From a virus (Duplodnaviria; Caudoviricetes): a stretch of DNA of 64,000 nt. Shown here piece by piece: positions 30,392 through 40,904 of the stretch. The stretch's first letter is position 1; each line of letters starts with the position of its first letter. The notes below the pieces were generated by a model that ran no database searches, had not been told where the DNA came from, and was given only the letters and a program-made list of their open reading frames with translations. The stretch spans positions 32,001 through 96,000 of the IMG/VR virus record IMGVR_UViG_3300011871_000002; one strand, written 5' to 3'. The translations under genes were made by a program, and so were the position numbers.

Positions 30392-32962
30392 ATGAGCGTC
30401 GACTACATTGTCAACCATGCCATCTTGAACGTCTGGTGCAATCCACAGCAAGACTTGCAGTCGATTGTGAAGCCCAAACGGATCACTCGCGCCATTGGCG
30501 TATGGCAAAATTTTGAAGCCGGGAAGAATACCTATTCCTTGCCGGACAACACCAGTCGTTTTCACGTATTTCAAGTGGGTCAACTCAGCCCCGCTCTGAT
30601 GGGTCTGCTCGAAACCCATGGCCTGTGGAAACTGGTGGCCGATACCTGCCGTGAACGCAAAGTCATGGTGGATATTTACAGCCAATTCGGTATCGAGTTC
30701 CCGCGTACCCAAAGTTGGTACATGGTGACGAAAAACCGTAACCTGCTTTTTGCAGTGAAGGAGGTGCCGGGCTTACTGAGTCTGCGCGAGAACGACATCT
30801 TCTTGCGCGTGTACACCAATGCATTCTTCCAAAGTCGGCGCGCCGGCATCATGGAAGATGATATCCAAATCTATGGCAGTTCGCCAGCCACGCGAAACGA
30901 CATCGTCGCCATCCAGGATCTTTTTAACGCCTGGCAGCAACGCGATGGCGCTACGTACGCGTTCGTCAACGGTTACAAAGTCTCCTTCTTGAACCTGTTC
31001 ACGGTGGCGGTGGGTGACTATGTCGAAATCGTACACGACAATTCGATCCGTGACATCATCGAATTCCCAATCAAGGATTTGAAAGCGTTCACCAGCACGC
31101 TGGACAACAAGCAAAAGTACCTGCTCCACTATCCGGGTCAGGGTGGCGGCACCATCGACTACCACGATGATGTGGACTTTTTCTTGGTACGCAAGAATCC
31201 CTCGACGGGCAGACATCGTGGTGTGTATTACCACCGCAATGCCGCAGGAGGCGACGCGGTGCGCATGGTTACCCACAAAGACTATGCGATCCCTGTGGAC
31301 TACATCGAAAGCTACGCTGCCAAGAATCCCACTTGGCCCGTAAGTGAACTCGTTCTGGTGGCACACATCCGCTATTCCGGATACCATCGTCCGTTGATTG
31401 ACGAAAATAACCGCATCAAAGAACTGTACAAGATGCACGACGACGACCTGATCGACGCCATGCTCTCTAGCAGTGCCGTGGTGGATAACTGGACGGCAGC
31501 GGTGCTGGAACAATCCGCCTACACTGAGATCATGCGTTCCCTGTCGGCAAACATGACGGCGCGTCTGGTACAGGACGCCTATGGCTACAACGCCATCACC
31601 AAAATCTTGGCGGACTCCCCGCACTTTGTCAAGCTCTCGTCGAACCAGCGCACGATCGAATTGCCCTACGGACTGCAACAGGATTCGGCCATGTTCGAAT
31701 ACGATGCCAATGGCCACCTCTTGGGGTATTACCAACATACCCAAGGCGCGGTGTATTCTTGCCGCAATAATGCTGCACGCCTGGTGGAAGTGCTGGCCGG
31801 CACAATCAGTACGCGACTCGATGAAACTTACGGCCAGCAAGTGAGTGACCTTGACATGACCGCGGACTACCGGTTCTACACCTGCGGGATCGAGGTAGGT
31901 GGCGTGGTGAACAACCGCTGGGAAGACGTCACCGATAGCGGCAAGTACAGCATCTTGAACGGCAAGGTACAGTGGCTCACCAACCCGGCCACCACCTACA
32001 CTTTGGTGCGTGGTAACCGCCACATCTTGGCCTACAACTTGGAATTGGATAGCAGTAGCGGGGTGGTGGAATTTAGCCTGACGCATCTGGCCAACCGGGG
32101 CGGTTCGATCACCAACCGGGTCATGCAAATCCCGATGGGCGAACTCGACGTGTTCATGAACCGTCGCTCTTTGGTTGAAGGGGTGGACTACTACGTCAAC
32201 TTCCCCCAGATCGTGATCGTCAATAAGGCATACCTGAACGACAACGGCAAGCAGCAGATCACGGTCCGCTTTACGGGGCTGTGTAAGTCCGATCTGTCCA
32301 GGGAAGCATTTAACGAAAGGGGCTTTATCGACCACGGCTTGCTTTCGGCCAACGATCGCTTTGATATCCGCGACGACAAGGTGCAGCGCATCGTGGTGGG
32401 TGGTGCACTGTATGACCGGCGTGAACTGCTTTTTGCTGAAGAAGATGCTGCGGTCCGGGTACCGGATGCCCGTAATGGCCTTCCTTACCTCATCCGCGAT
32501 CTGGTGGTACCGGTGCGCGGTCTGGCAGCGGACGACACGTACGAGCTGCGTGCCAAGTCGCTCGTGATCGACAAGAAGGTGAGCGACTACCTGACGGAAA
32601 AACTGCCGCAGCAACCGTTCACCAACCCCAACGCGATCGTCGACCTGTACCCGGTGGTCAGTCCATTCTGTGCCAAACTGCTGTTCGATCTGAAGAACGG
32701 TTTCTTGGTCGACCCGCGCATCAAGAGCTTCTATGCGGATGCAGATGTGTATGAAATCTGTAAACCGTATGAGTATCTGCTCGCGTTTGACCCCACTCAG
32801 GATGCATTGCGCCCTGATCCAAAGTATGTCGCCATCCATCCGCACCACTTGAAAACGGTGGTGGAAGTGGATCTGTACTGCTATAAATTCCTCGCCCGTG
32901 CGGTGAAGCTGTATCTGAAAGACCGAGTGAACTTGTCGCACTTCCTCGTGCTTTCGGCTTAA
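30392..32962 (+). CDS. Virion structural protein (phiKZ gp27-like, probably baseplate)
   Basis: 856 aa; NVWCNPQQD N-terminus; synteny. Confidence 0.72.
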   Translation: MSVDYIVNHAILNVWCNPQQDLQSIVKPKRITRAIGVWQNFEAGKNTYSLPDNTSRFHVFQVGQLSPALMGLLETHGLWKLVADTCRERKVMVDIYSQFGIEFPRTQSWYMVTKNRNLLFAVKEVPGLLSLRENDIFLRVYTNAFFQSRRAGIMEDDIQIYGSSPATRNDIVAIQDLFNAWQQRDGATYAFVNGYKVSFLNLFTVAVGDYVEIVHDNSIRDIIEFPIKDLKAFTSTLDNKQKYLLHYPGQGGGTIDYHDDVDFFLVRKNPSTGRHRGVYYHRNAAGGDAVRMVTHKDYAIPVDYIESYAAKNPTWPVSELVLVAHIRYSGYHRPLIDENNRIKELYKMHDDDLIDAMLSSSAVVDNWTAAVLEQSAYTEIMRSLSANMTARLVQDAYGYNAITKILADSPHFVKLSSNQRTIELPYGLQQDSAMFEYDANGHLLGYYQHTQGAVYSCRNNAARLVEVLAGTISTRLDETYGQQVSDLDMTADYRFYTCGIEVGGVVNNRWEDVTDSGKYSILNGKVQWLTNPATTYTLVRGNRHILAYNLELDSSSGVVEFSLTHLANRGGSITNRVMQIPMGELDVFMNRRSLVEGVDYYVNFPQIVIVNKAYLNDNGKQQITVRFTGLCKSDLSREAFNERGFIDHGLLSANDRFDIRDDKVQRIVVGGALYDRRELLFAEEDAAVRVPDARNGLPYLIRDLVVPVRGLAADDTYELRAKSLVIDKKVSDYLTEKLPQQPFTNPNAIVDLYPVVSPFCAKLLFDLKNGFLVDPRIKSFYADADVYEICKPYEYLLAFDPTQDALRPDPKYVAIHPHHLKTVVEVDLYCYKFLARAVKLYLKDRVNLSHFLVLSA

Positions 32963-32974
32963 TGGAGAAAGAGT

Positions 32975-34654
32975 ATGTCTGAAATTGCGCTTCAAGGCGT
33001 AGCAGGTAGTGTGGACAATATCCCGCCTGTCTACGACCCCAACCGTGGTTTTCGTCTCTGGGCACTGTTTGAAATCTTTGATGGCTTGATCGGTGAAAAC
33101 CGGTTTGTCCCGAACGTCAAAGACCGCGTGCTCGATACGGACACCGAAACCATGTACCGGGTCACCGCCATCAACCCGACCACCTATGTCCCGACCTTGG
33201 TGAAAGCCACCGCAACGGTCTACGACGGGGTGCTCCCGGAAGAAGATGTGTTACTGGGCGTGGGGCCAGGTCCCCAGAACAACACCTACCGTGCCTACCT
33301 CAACACCAAGGTGATGCCTTTCCACATGGAAGTCGACCATCGCTGCTTCGTCTGGGGTAGCCGGGCGAAATACATGCGTCTGTTCCGGGGCAGTGTGCTC
33401 AATTCGTCGAGCAAGGTCATCAGTGCTGTGTACGACTCGGCCGGAAACTACCTCGGCCAAGATGTGCCGTTGGAACTGGCCCAGATCGAAGGCAACAAAA
33501 CGCGCATGAACGTCACGTCGTTCAAGTGCACCGAAAAGGTGCCGGATGGCGAAGTGGTGTATGCGGTATTCTACTCGTCGGGTAACGAGGTACTGTCCAA
33601 ACAGCAGCTATTGGTAGAAAACACGGATGTGATTGCGCGTCCGAATAGCGGCGTGAAGTACGTCACCGACATCTATCTCGACACGCCATTCCTGTCCGAC
33701 GCTGACAGCGCCCTGATCCAGTATCCGATTAACGTGCTGATGCAGGGCCTGAATCTGATGGGTGTGGTCAAGTACAGCGATGGCGAAACCCGTCGCTTGC
33801 CGATCGACGGCACCAAATTCGAACTCTTCGGCCTGGAGGATTATCTCCTGACGGTGGTGGGCGAGGAAATCCCGGTGCTGCTCAACTACAACCTGTCGCC
33901 AGAAGAAATCGCCATCGGCCTGACCGTGGGAGAAAATCGCAACGTACCGAAGCATTACCGCGCGCAGTCGCTCACCGCCAACGGTTCGTACTCGGTGAAA
34001 CTGTTCGCCTACCCGGTTTGGCTGGGACCACAGGACGGCTACCGTCTGGAATGGTTCCTCGCCAATCTGGAGCGCACCAATATCTGGCGCGCTACGCCCT
34101 ACGTGCGAATGAACGAAGGTGGCCCGACCTTCAGCCCACGCGCTTACGGTACCAACCAACGCCTCGTGGTATCGGTGGACCTGCAAGCGGTGAACGCGTC
34201 GTTCAACAAGTACAAGCACGTCGAGACGATCGACGTCACCTTGCTGCGGCCCGGTACCGAGCACGAAACCAACTGGCAGATCGGCTTTGAACCAAGCCAG
34301 AATCCGCCGTATGGTGTGCAGAACTATGCCTCCTCGACTTTCGTTGACACCAACAACTGGAAGATCAAGGTGGACATGGGTGCTGCAACGCTCGACGACT
34401 GGCTGGCGCGGCTGTACTTCCGCACCATTCCGTTGTACGACCCGCAAAAGGAAGCGGCGCCACCGCTGCCAACGCACTTCGCGTTCGTCTTCACCAACCG
34501 CTCGATCGAATTCCCGATCGCCGAGTGGAAAATGCAGCACACCATCAGCGAAGCCGTCCCCAATGGCGGCACGCTGTTTGTGCGCTTCTTCAAGCGAACG
34601 CCTGACAACGACATCCAGCTGAGTATCGCTGGTGTGCCGATCTACCAAACGTAA
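32975..34654 (+). CDS. Virion structural protein (phiKZ gp26-like)
   Basis: 559 aa, beta-rich, precedes the terminase; GGAG RBS. Confidence 0.7.
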   Translation: MSEIALQGVAGSVDNIPPVYDPNRGFRLWALFEIFDGLIGENRFVPNVKDRVLDTDTETMYRVTAINPTTYVPTLVKATATVYDGVLPEEDVLLGVGPGPQNNTYRAYLNTKVMPFHMEVDHRCFVWGSRAKYMRLFRGSVLNSSSKVISAVYDSAGNYLGQDVPLELAQIEGNKTRMNVTSFKCTEKVPDGEVVYAVFYSSGNEVLSKQQLLVENTDVIARPNSGVKYVTDIYLDTPFLSDADSALIQYPINVLMQGLNLMGVVKYSDGETRRLPIDGTKFELFGLEDYLLTVVGEEIPVLLNYNLSPEEIAIGLTVGENRNVPKHYRAQSLTANGSYSVKLFAYPVWLGPQDGYRLEWFLANLERTNIWRATPYVRMNEGGPTFSPRAYGTNQRLVVSVDLQAVNASFNKYKHVETIDVTLLRPGTEHETNWQIGFEPSQNPPYGVQNYASSTFVDTNNWKIKVDMGAATLDDWLARLYFRTIPLYDPQKEAAPPLPTHFAFVFTNRSIEFPIAEWKMQHTISEAVPNGGTLFVRFFKRTPDNDIQLSIAGVPIYQT

Positions 34655-34722
34655 GCATCACCGCCACCACTCGCCCGCTACCATAGGGACGAGTGGTGGC
34701 GGCTTTTACCTTGGAGGAGAAC

Positions 34723-36972
34723 ATGATTCTCTTTAAGAAAGACTGGCTTAAATATCCGACCGCACAGGCGGACTGGGATACGCGCAACCAAAGCTTTGTG
34801 CGCATGGCGCTACTCCTGCACTCGATGGGTGTGGAAAACTGCGTCTTCATGCTCGCTCTCATCAATCCGCGTCTCAAGGGAGTCGACCCCCATAGCAAGA
34901 ATTTGACGGTTGAGCAAATGACCGACATCGGTGTCGAGTGCAAACTCAATCCCTGGTACTTCTTCCGCGAAGTCGCCTTAGCGCCGGGTAACGGTAGCAA
35001 CGAGGGCGTCATGGTGGAAGCGAACCGCGGCAACATTTGCCTGTGGTGGTGTTTCTTCAACCACATCACGATCTTCCTGATCCAGATTCGTCAGACCGGT
35101 AAATCCTTTTCCACTGACGTCTTGATGGTGCTCCTGATGGAATTCATCTGCGAGAAGACCACCATCAACCTGTTGACCAAGGACGATACGCTGCGCCGTT
35201 CGAACATTGAGCGCATGAAGTCGATCATCGCCGACTTGCCAAAGTACCTGCAACACAAGCACCCGGACGACGCCAATAACACGGAAGAAATTACCGTGAT
35301 GTCGCACGGTAACCGTTACAAGACGCACGTGCCGCAGTCTTCACCTAAGCGCGCCATTAACATGGGTCGCGGTCTGACCTCGCCGATCTTCCAGATTGAC
35401 GAAGCCCCGTTCCAGCCAAACATCGAAATTGCATTGCCAGCAGCACTGGCAGCAACGGGTGCAGCAGTGGACCGCGCCAAAGCACAAGGTTCGCCTTACG
35501 GCACCATCTTCACCACAACGGCTGGTAAAAAGGACGACAAAGACGGCGCCTACATGTACCGCTTAATTTCCAATGCCGCGGTGTGGTCGGAAGCTTTCTA
35601 CGACTGTGTCGACCAAGCGGACTTGGAAAAGACCGTGCTGTCAGCCTGCCGTGTGGAGGGCAAGGTCAAGAAGGCGGCGATCAATGCTACTTTCAACCAC
35701 CGCCAGTTGGGTAAAACCGACGAGTGGCTGGCGGGCAAACTGGCTGACTCGTTTGCCACAGGTGAAGACGCGAACCGAGACTACTTCAACATGTGGACCT
35801 CGGGTAGCCAAACGTCGCCACTGCCGATTTATGTCCTCGAAGCCATGGCACGCTCAGTCAAGGATGTGGCCTACACTGAGATTACCAAGCCATACAACTA
35901 CATCACGCGCTGGTACATCCCGAAAGACCAGATTGCACAGCGCATGGCGAGCGGCAAGTTTGTCATGGGTATGGATACCAGTGAAGCAATTGGCCGAGAT
36001 GAAATCTCGCTTGTGCTGATGGATGTGGAGACGCTGGAAGTGATCGCGGCTGGTTCGTACAACGAACTGAACCTGATTACTTTCTCCGAGTGGCTCTGTA
36101 CGTTCATGATTCGGTTTGAAAACGTGACCGGCATCATTGAGCGTAAATCCACGGGCGGCATGATTCTGGACTACCTGATCCTGAAATTGGCATCGGCCGG
36201 CATCGACCCCTTCAAGCGACTCTTTAACTGGGTAGTCAACGATAACGCCTTGCATAAGGACCGTTATCGGGAAGTCGCCTGCACGCCGATGCATCGGCGC
36301 CAGCACGGTTGGATGGATCTGTACAAACGCCTGTTTGGCTTTGCTACATCGGGTAGCGGCGCCACTAGCCGTAATGAACTCTACTCGACTACGCTGCAAA
36401 ATGCGGCACAGTTGGGAATGAACTGCATGAACGATAAACCACTCGTGGACCAGACCGCGGGTCTTATCACAAAGAATGGTCGCGTGGACCACCCGCCGGG
36501 CGAGCACGACGACATGACCATCGGTTGGCTGCTGTGCAACTGGATGCTGTCGCAGGGTACGAACTTGGTGCACTACGGTATCGATCCTGGTCGCATCATG
36601 TGCAAGGTTTCCCGTGGCGGGAAACAGAAATCCCAAGAAGAACAGTGGATTGAAGAAGAGCAGGCAGCTTACCGCCAGCGCATGGATGTGCTGATGGAGC
36701 GCCTGAAGAATGAACCGGACGAGTACGTTTCGCAAAAGCTCGAACAAGAACTGCGTATGATCGACTCGCGCTTGGTCCGCGAGATCGGTGAAACGTTCAG
36801 CTTGGAACAACTGTTGCAAAACGTCAAGGACGCGAAGTGGAATAAGCGGCGTCAGAACAAGACTGACCCCTACGGCCACCTGCGTCATTTCACGGGTAAC
36901 CATTCGTACAGTAATAACGAGCACGGGTTCATATCGAGTGAGCCAGCATACCGCTCAAGCCGCTATTTTTGA
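34723..36972 (+). CDS. terL: Terminase large subunit
   Basis: Walker A RQTGKS, Walker B FQIDE, TTT coupling motif, nuclease MGMDTS and HDD; GGAGG RBS. Confidence 0.93.
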   Translation: MILFKKDWLKYPTAQADWDTRNQSFVRMALLLHSMGVENCVFMLALINPRLKGVDPHSKNLTVEQMTDIGVECKLNPWYFFREVALAPGNGSNEGVMVEANRGNICLWWCFFNHITIFLIQIRQTGKSFSTDVLMVLLMEFICEKTTINLLTKDDTLRRSNIERMKSIIADLPKYLQHKHPDDANNTEEITVMSHGNRYKTHVPQSSPKRAINMGRGLTSPIFQIDEAPFQPNIEIALPAALAATGAAVDRAKAQGSPYGTIFTTTAGKKDDKDGAYMYRLISNAAVWSEAFYDCVDQADLEKTVLSACRVEGKVKKAAINATFNHRQLGKTDEWLAGKLADSFATGEDANRDYFNMWTSGSQTSPLPIYVLEAMARSVKDVAYTEITKPYNYITRWYIPKDQIAQRMASGKFVMGMDTSEAIGRDEISLVLMDVETLEVIAAGSYNELNLITFSEWLCTFMIRFENVTGIIERKSTGGMILDYLILKLASAGIDPFKRLFNWVVNDNALHKDRYREVACTPMHRRQHGWMDLYKRLFGFATSGSGATSRNELYSTTLQNAAQLGMNCMNDKPLVDQTAGLITKNGRVDHPPGEHDDMTIGWLLCNWMLSQGTNLVHYGIDPGRIMCKVSRGGKQKSQEEQWIEEEQAAYRQRMDVLMERLKNEPDEYVSQKLEQELRMIDSRLVREIGETFSLEQLLQNVKDAKWNKRRQNKTDPYGHLRHFTGNHSYSNNEHGFISSEPAYRSSRYF

Positions 36973-36982
36973 GTAGTCGGAA

Positions 36983-37027
36983 ATAAACCCTCCTCCCGGC
37001 TTTACGCTAGGAGGAGGGTTTATGCCG
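36983..37027. terminator. Bidirectional terminator ending in TTATGCCG
   Basis: ATAAACCCTCCTCC/GGAGGAGGGTTTAT stem between convergent genes. Confidence 0.8.
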
Positions 37028-37041
37028 CTAAACTTACTGGA

Positions 37042-37431
37042 TCAAGATGTAGGCAACCGGGCAATCACCAAATCGAGATAAGCCGATACCGCTGACATGC
37101 GCTGCAAGTTATCGTCCACAAACGACGGTAACTGGGCAGGTATATCGGCTTCGATCTGGCATGCTTGGATTACACTACCAGGCGCACCTGCACTTGCTCT
37201 GCTAAAGACACGGTAGAGGACGAACGTACGGTTAGGTACAAACCATCGTCGGTACACGCGGCAGTATTGCTTGCGCTGGCAATAAATGTGGATTTCATAA
37301 TCAGCAAACGAATGCCCGACCAAGTGACTCATGTGTTTCTGGTCGGTCTTGGTCAGGGTAAAGGTTTGCTCCCCTTTGATTCTCTCCAGAAGCAGGACAA
37401 GCGCGGATACCAACTTTGCGATGATAGCCAT
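37042..37431 (-). CDS. Hypothetical protein
   Basis: ATG 37431 with GGAG RBS just downstream of the 411-aa gene; 129 aa. Confidence 0.55.
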   Translation of the reverse strand: MAIIAKLVSALVLLLERIKGEQTFTLTKTDQKHMSHLVGHSFADYEIHIYCQRKQYCRVYRRWFVPNRTFVLYRVFSRASAGAPGSVIQACQIEADIPAQLPSFVDDNLQRMSAVSAYLDLVIARLPTS

Positions 37432-37462
37432 AACTGTACTCCAGAGAGCCGAATGCAAGAAG

Positions 37463-38698
37463 TTAAGCGTGCGTCTTGTAGTAGCGCATCGTGAAGGACC
37501 GAAGCACGACGTACAGGAGCACCCCGGTGCGAATACTGGCAATCACGTTGTCATTGCGATTTTTGGTAGCGCGCCCCACGATGCGCTCGGCTGTTTCACG
37601 CAAGTAGAACAATTCCGGGTCCGTCGAGCGGGAGGAGGTGTACACGCCTCGCAGCCTGCTAAGTAACTCTGCCAGATCCGTGTTCTTGTTTACGAGTTCG
37701 CGGTTATCAGCGAGGTACGCAAAACTATGGATCAGGGTTTTGTCTAGGAGCAACTCGATGTCCTGCGACTGGCGATGTCGGTAGTTATCCGACATGTACT
37801 CCAGCGTCTTGCGAAAGAGTGCCTCAGGCATCGTCGCCATGGCGGACATAACGACATTGACCAATTCTTCACGAATGAACGAGTTACGATCCGTGATGAT
37901 CGAGTGGATGTAACGCGTATAAGCCGTAAGGTTCTTGGTCTTGTCACGTAAGATCTCGGCGCCATCGTGTTCGACCACCGAACTGGTCGACAAAATACGG
38001 CTACCTTGTTTGTGCACGATCATGAATTCGGCGTAAATATTCTTCATGATGTCACGGATGCGCCCCTGGATATCGTTGAGCACATACTGGCAATCCTCGT
38101 CGTTTTCCATCTTCTTGATGGTATCAAAGTGGATGCCATCCTTCTTGATGATTTCTTCCGCACGGCCACGGAACAAATCAAACCAATTCTTGTACTGCTT
38201 GATCAAGAATCGACCCGACAGTGACGCATAAGTCGCTTCTGCGACACTCTCGTCAGCCTGGTAGGCAAAGTAGTGGCCGAGCAAACTCGTAAAGAGCTTG
38301 TACTGCAAAGCAAGCATTGCATCGACCATGGCGGCGTGTTTTTGTTGCTCACTGATGTATTTGCTGTGCATAATCGCATGGGCGAGCCACAGCGCCGACA
38401 GGTTCATGGTATCGCTACCGACGATGCGGTTGGTATAGTCAATGACTTCCAATTTCGATAATCGACTGGTAAGCGGACCTTCTTCGACTTTCATGACTTC
38501 TTCGAACCACCGGCTACGGTCGCCCGAAGTAAAACGCACCACTTGAACACCTAGGAGATGTCCACCAAAGAACTGGATGTGGTCGCGGTTCTTGTTGACA
38601 AACGAGACTTGGTACAGATGCAGCGCTTTCACAAAGTGCGCATCGATCTTCAACGACGCACATTCTTCGTCAAAGATACTTTTGATGGAATCAGGCAT
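37463..38698 (-). CDS. Conserved phiKZ-like protein (gp32-like)
   Basis: 411 aa; FFGGHLLGV motif recalled from this family; synteny. Confidence 0.65.
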   Translation of the reverse strand: MPDSIKSIFDEECASLKIDAHFVKALHLYQVSFVNKNRDHIQFFGGHLLGVQVVRFTSGDRSRWFEEVMKVEEGPLTSRLSKLEVIDYTNRIVGSDTMNLSALWLAHAIMHSKYISEQQKHAAMVDAMLALQYKLFTSLLGHYFAYQADESVAEATYASLSGRFLIKQYKNWFDLFRGRAEEIIKKDGIHFDTIKKMENDEDCQYVLNDIQGRIRDIMKNIYAEFMIVHKQGSRILSTSSVVEHDGAEILRDKTKNLTAYTRYIHSIITDRNSFIREELVNVVMSAMATMPEALFRKTLEYMSDNYRHRQSQDIELLLDKTLIHSFAYLADNRELVNKNTDLAELLSRLRGVYTSSRSTDPELFYLRETAERIVGRATKNRNDNVIASIRTGVLLYVVLRSFTMRYYKTHA

Positions 38699-38798
38699 AG
38701 GCGGCTCTCAGAAAGAGTAGGGTACACAAGATTAACGCGTTTCGTGCATTCGTTGCAACGTGCGGCATAAAGGCCAGCGCGTACGCGCTGGCACCTTA

Positions 38799-39296
38799 TT
38801 AGCCGAAATGCGCTTTGGCAAACGCTTCCAGGCTCGGGTACACCTGGATGCCAAACACCTTGGCAAACGACTCCATCGCCGAGACAGCTTCGACGCTGGC
38901 TTCGCTTTGCTGAGTGTCGGGCTCTTCTTTGATGATGAGCACGTATTCGTCGCGGTGTTCGGATGGCAGGGCGGCCACGTCTTGCGTCATTTGGATCACG
39001 TCTTCTTCGGTGGCTTCGGTTTGCGATACCCCGAACACTTGCAGGACGCTTTGGTTGGACGAGACTTCGCCACCAGTGAGCATCAAAGCGACGCGCTTGA
39101 GGGTTTCCTCTTCGAGCTGCTGGCTTTCGGTAGCGAGCTGACCTTCTTCGGTAGCTTCCGGGTCTTTCTTGGCGTACTCGTGCTGGAGCATCTCGGTGAA
39201 TGCTTGGCCGAGGGGGCCAGTCAGTTTGATGGGGCGCGCTTCAGTTTCGGCTTCTTCGAGCGCGCGGCGCAGATGCGTGGTAAGACGTTGGGTCAT
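38799..39296 (-). CDS. Acidic protein, putative prohead/inner-body component
   Basis: 165 aa; several A/S-x-E sites (ALE, ATE x3, AME, SLE); AAGGA RBS. Confidence 0.6.
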   Translation of the reverse strand: MTQRLTTHLRRALEEAETEARPIKLTGPLGQAFTEMLQHEYAKKDPEATEEGQLATESQQLEEETLKRVALMLTGGEVSSNQSVLQVFGVSQTEATEEDVIQMTQDVAALPSEHRDEYVLIIKEEPDTQQSEASVEAVSAMESFAKVFGIQVYPSLEAFAKAHFG

Positions 39297-39993
39297 GGCG
39301 TGTCCTTAGTAAGAGACGAAAAAGGGCTGTCACATAATGAGTGGCTCTGCCTACAAAGACATTAAAAGAGACAAGATGCATTTAAACGCGTTCTAAGCGT
39401 TTATAATGGAGGTTGGTAGATTGTGTCGTCCACCTTCTCAGTATGGCCACAGAAGGCTCCTGATGAGCTGCTAGGGGTATTCGCGCGGCCGCCGCGAGCC
39501 GCCCGGCCCGGCCCGCGCGCCTATCAATATCACTTTTTTTTCACTAAATTGTATCAGGTAGTCTTTCAACAAAAACATGTAATGTGTTTCCAACTTCGTT
39601 TGCTGTTTTCCTCGTATGTTGGGTGTTCTGTTGCGAAGCAAACAACTACCTAAAGGGATTTTTCTCCTAGAAAAAATCCCGTTTAAAATATTTTTATACT
39701 TGAGTTTACCTACCTTATGTGTAGACTTGTAGTTCCCAATTTTTCATGTTGAAAAATCGTCTACTCATAAATAAAGAACCGTGGCGATGGCTTGCGTTGG
39801 GGGTGGGGGGCCTTTATTATAGAGTAGGAGGCTCCAGAGGGCCTCCTACTCTCTATATTTTACGAGTGAAATTTTGGGGGGAGGGAATCCCTTTTTTATT
39901 CCGAAATTGTAGAGTTGCCGAAGTGACATCTTACACAAGGTGAAAACTTACTGAAGGAAGGGATGGTGTAGACATTTAACTTGGGGACCCATC

Positions 39994-40608
39994 ATGGCAC
40001 TGATTGCACGCGATACATCGCTCGAACCAGCTCTTGGAAAGGGCGCACCACAAGACGGCACGATCTTTTTTGGCCCCAAGATCGAGATGCCGAAAGGTTT
40101 CGGTAGCCAATTCAACGATCAGTGGATCGCTCTAATGAAACAGGCCGCAGAAGAAGCCTTTGGTGCGACGAAAGACCAAGTCATGGGTTTTGACTTCGGT
40201 GACGATGGCCGTGTCACGGCAATGGCGGCTACGATCGTGAATGTGTCCGAGAGCCTTAAGCAGCGGGTGGAGGAATTCACCAAGAAAGTGGACGGAGCCG
40301 TCAAGGAGGCTACCGAGAAGTTTTTCAAGCGCGATCTTGTCGTGGTGCGGTTGGACTTTGTGGGTTACGGTGTGGGTAAGCGTTTCCAGCAACGTTCCTG
40401 CTCGATGCGGCATAAAAAGCGCCGCCGCAGCCGCGCACTGGAACGGGTCTACAAAGAACGCCGCTTCCGGGAGTTCAAGAATATCTGGCCAAAAAGTATC
40501 GAACCTAGCGGATCGCTCAACTTACCAGAAATGCTCAAGCAATACAGCGCCGGTAATGTCACGCTCAATTTTGCTTTCCAACCAGGATCTTCTCCACAGC
40601 CCAAATAA
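39994..40608 (+). CDS. Hypothetical protein with basic patch
   Basis: 204 aa, GGGGA RBS. Confidence 0.7.
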   Translation: MALIARDTSLEPALGKGAPQDGTIFFGPKIEMPKGFGSQFNDQWIALMKQAAEEAFGATKDQVMGFDFGDDGRVTAMAATIVNVSESLKQRVEEFTKKVDGAVKEATEKFFKRDLVVVRLDFVGYGVGKRFQQRSCSMRHKKRRRSRALERVYKERRFREFKNIWPKSIEPSGSLNLPEMLKQYSAGNVTLNFAFQPGSSPQPK

Positions 40609-40609
40609 C

Positions 40610-40774
40610 ATGCCACTCAACCACAACATGGAAGCGCTCATCCGGCGCATGAAAGAGGAAGGTTTACTTCCCGACATGCCGCCATCGTCCAACCTGAAAG
40701 AACAATATGCGCTACCTGCTCGATCTCTCCATGAGACGCAGCGCGAAGTTTGTCTCTCGGTCGATAGTGTATAA
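40610..40774 (+). CDS. Small hypothetical protein
   Basis: 54 aa starting 1 nt after the previous stop; followed by a terminator. Confidence 0.4.
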   Translation: MPLNHNMEALIRRMKEEGLLPDMPPSSNLKEQYALPARSLHETQREVCLSVDSV

Positions 40775-40807
40775 AAGTGTCATGTTCGACCCTGAGTAGG
40801 GAATCAC

Positions 40808-40838
40808 GGCAGAGGGCGACCCCCTCTGCCTTATGCCG
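40808..40838 (+). terminator. Hairpin ending in TTATGCCG
   Basis: GGCAGAGGG/CCCTCTGCC stem. Confidence 0.75.
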
Positions 40839-40863
40839 TAAAACCTTGATTGAAGGAAATTAT

Positions 40864-40876
40864 AACCACATATCAC
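40864..40876 (+). promoter_or_regulatory. Putative early promoter AACCACATATCAC upstream of tnpB
   Basis: Identical 13-mer to 21426-21438. Confidence 0.7.
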
Positions 40877-40904
40877 GCACTGGATAAACCACTAGGGAGG
40901 TCTT

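Noticed and set aside
27103-32995. Very long antisense ORFs (27103-29277, 29365-30342, 30773-32995; likewise 11600-13201, 17216-18874, 58299-60236)
   Set aside because: They mirror genes with strong codon bias, which suppresses antisense stops; no RBS or recognisable motifs
39423-39943. Small ORFs 39423-39653 and 39746-39943
   Set aside because: Atypical composition, run through hairpins and homopolymers, no codon bias
40846-40850. TTGAT (the ISDra2 TAM) as the left boundary of the TnpB element
   Set aside because: No convincing left-end hairpin follows and a phage promoter lies inside it; the promoter-internal junction fits better, though this alternative is not excluded
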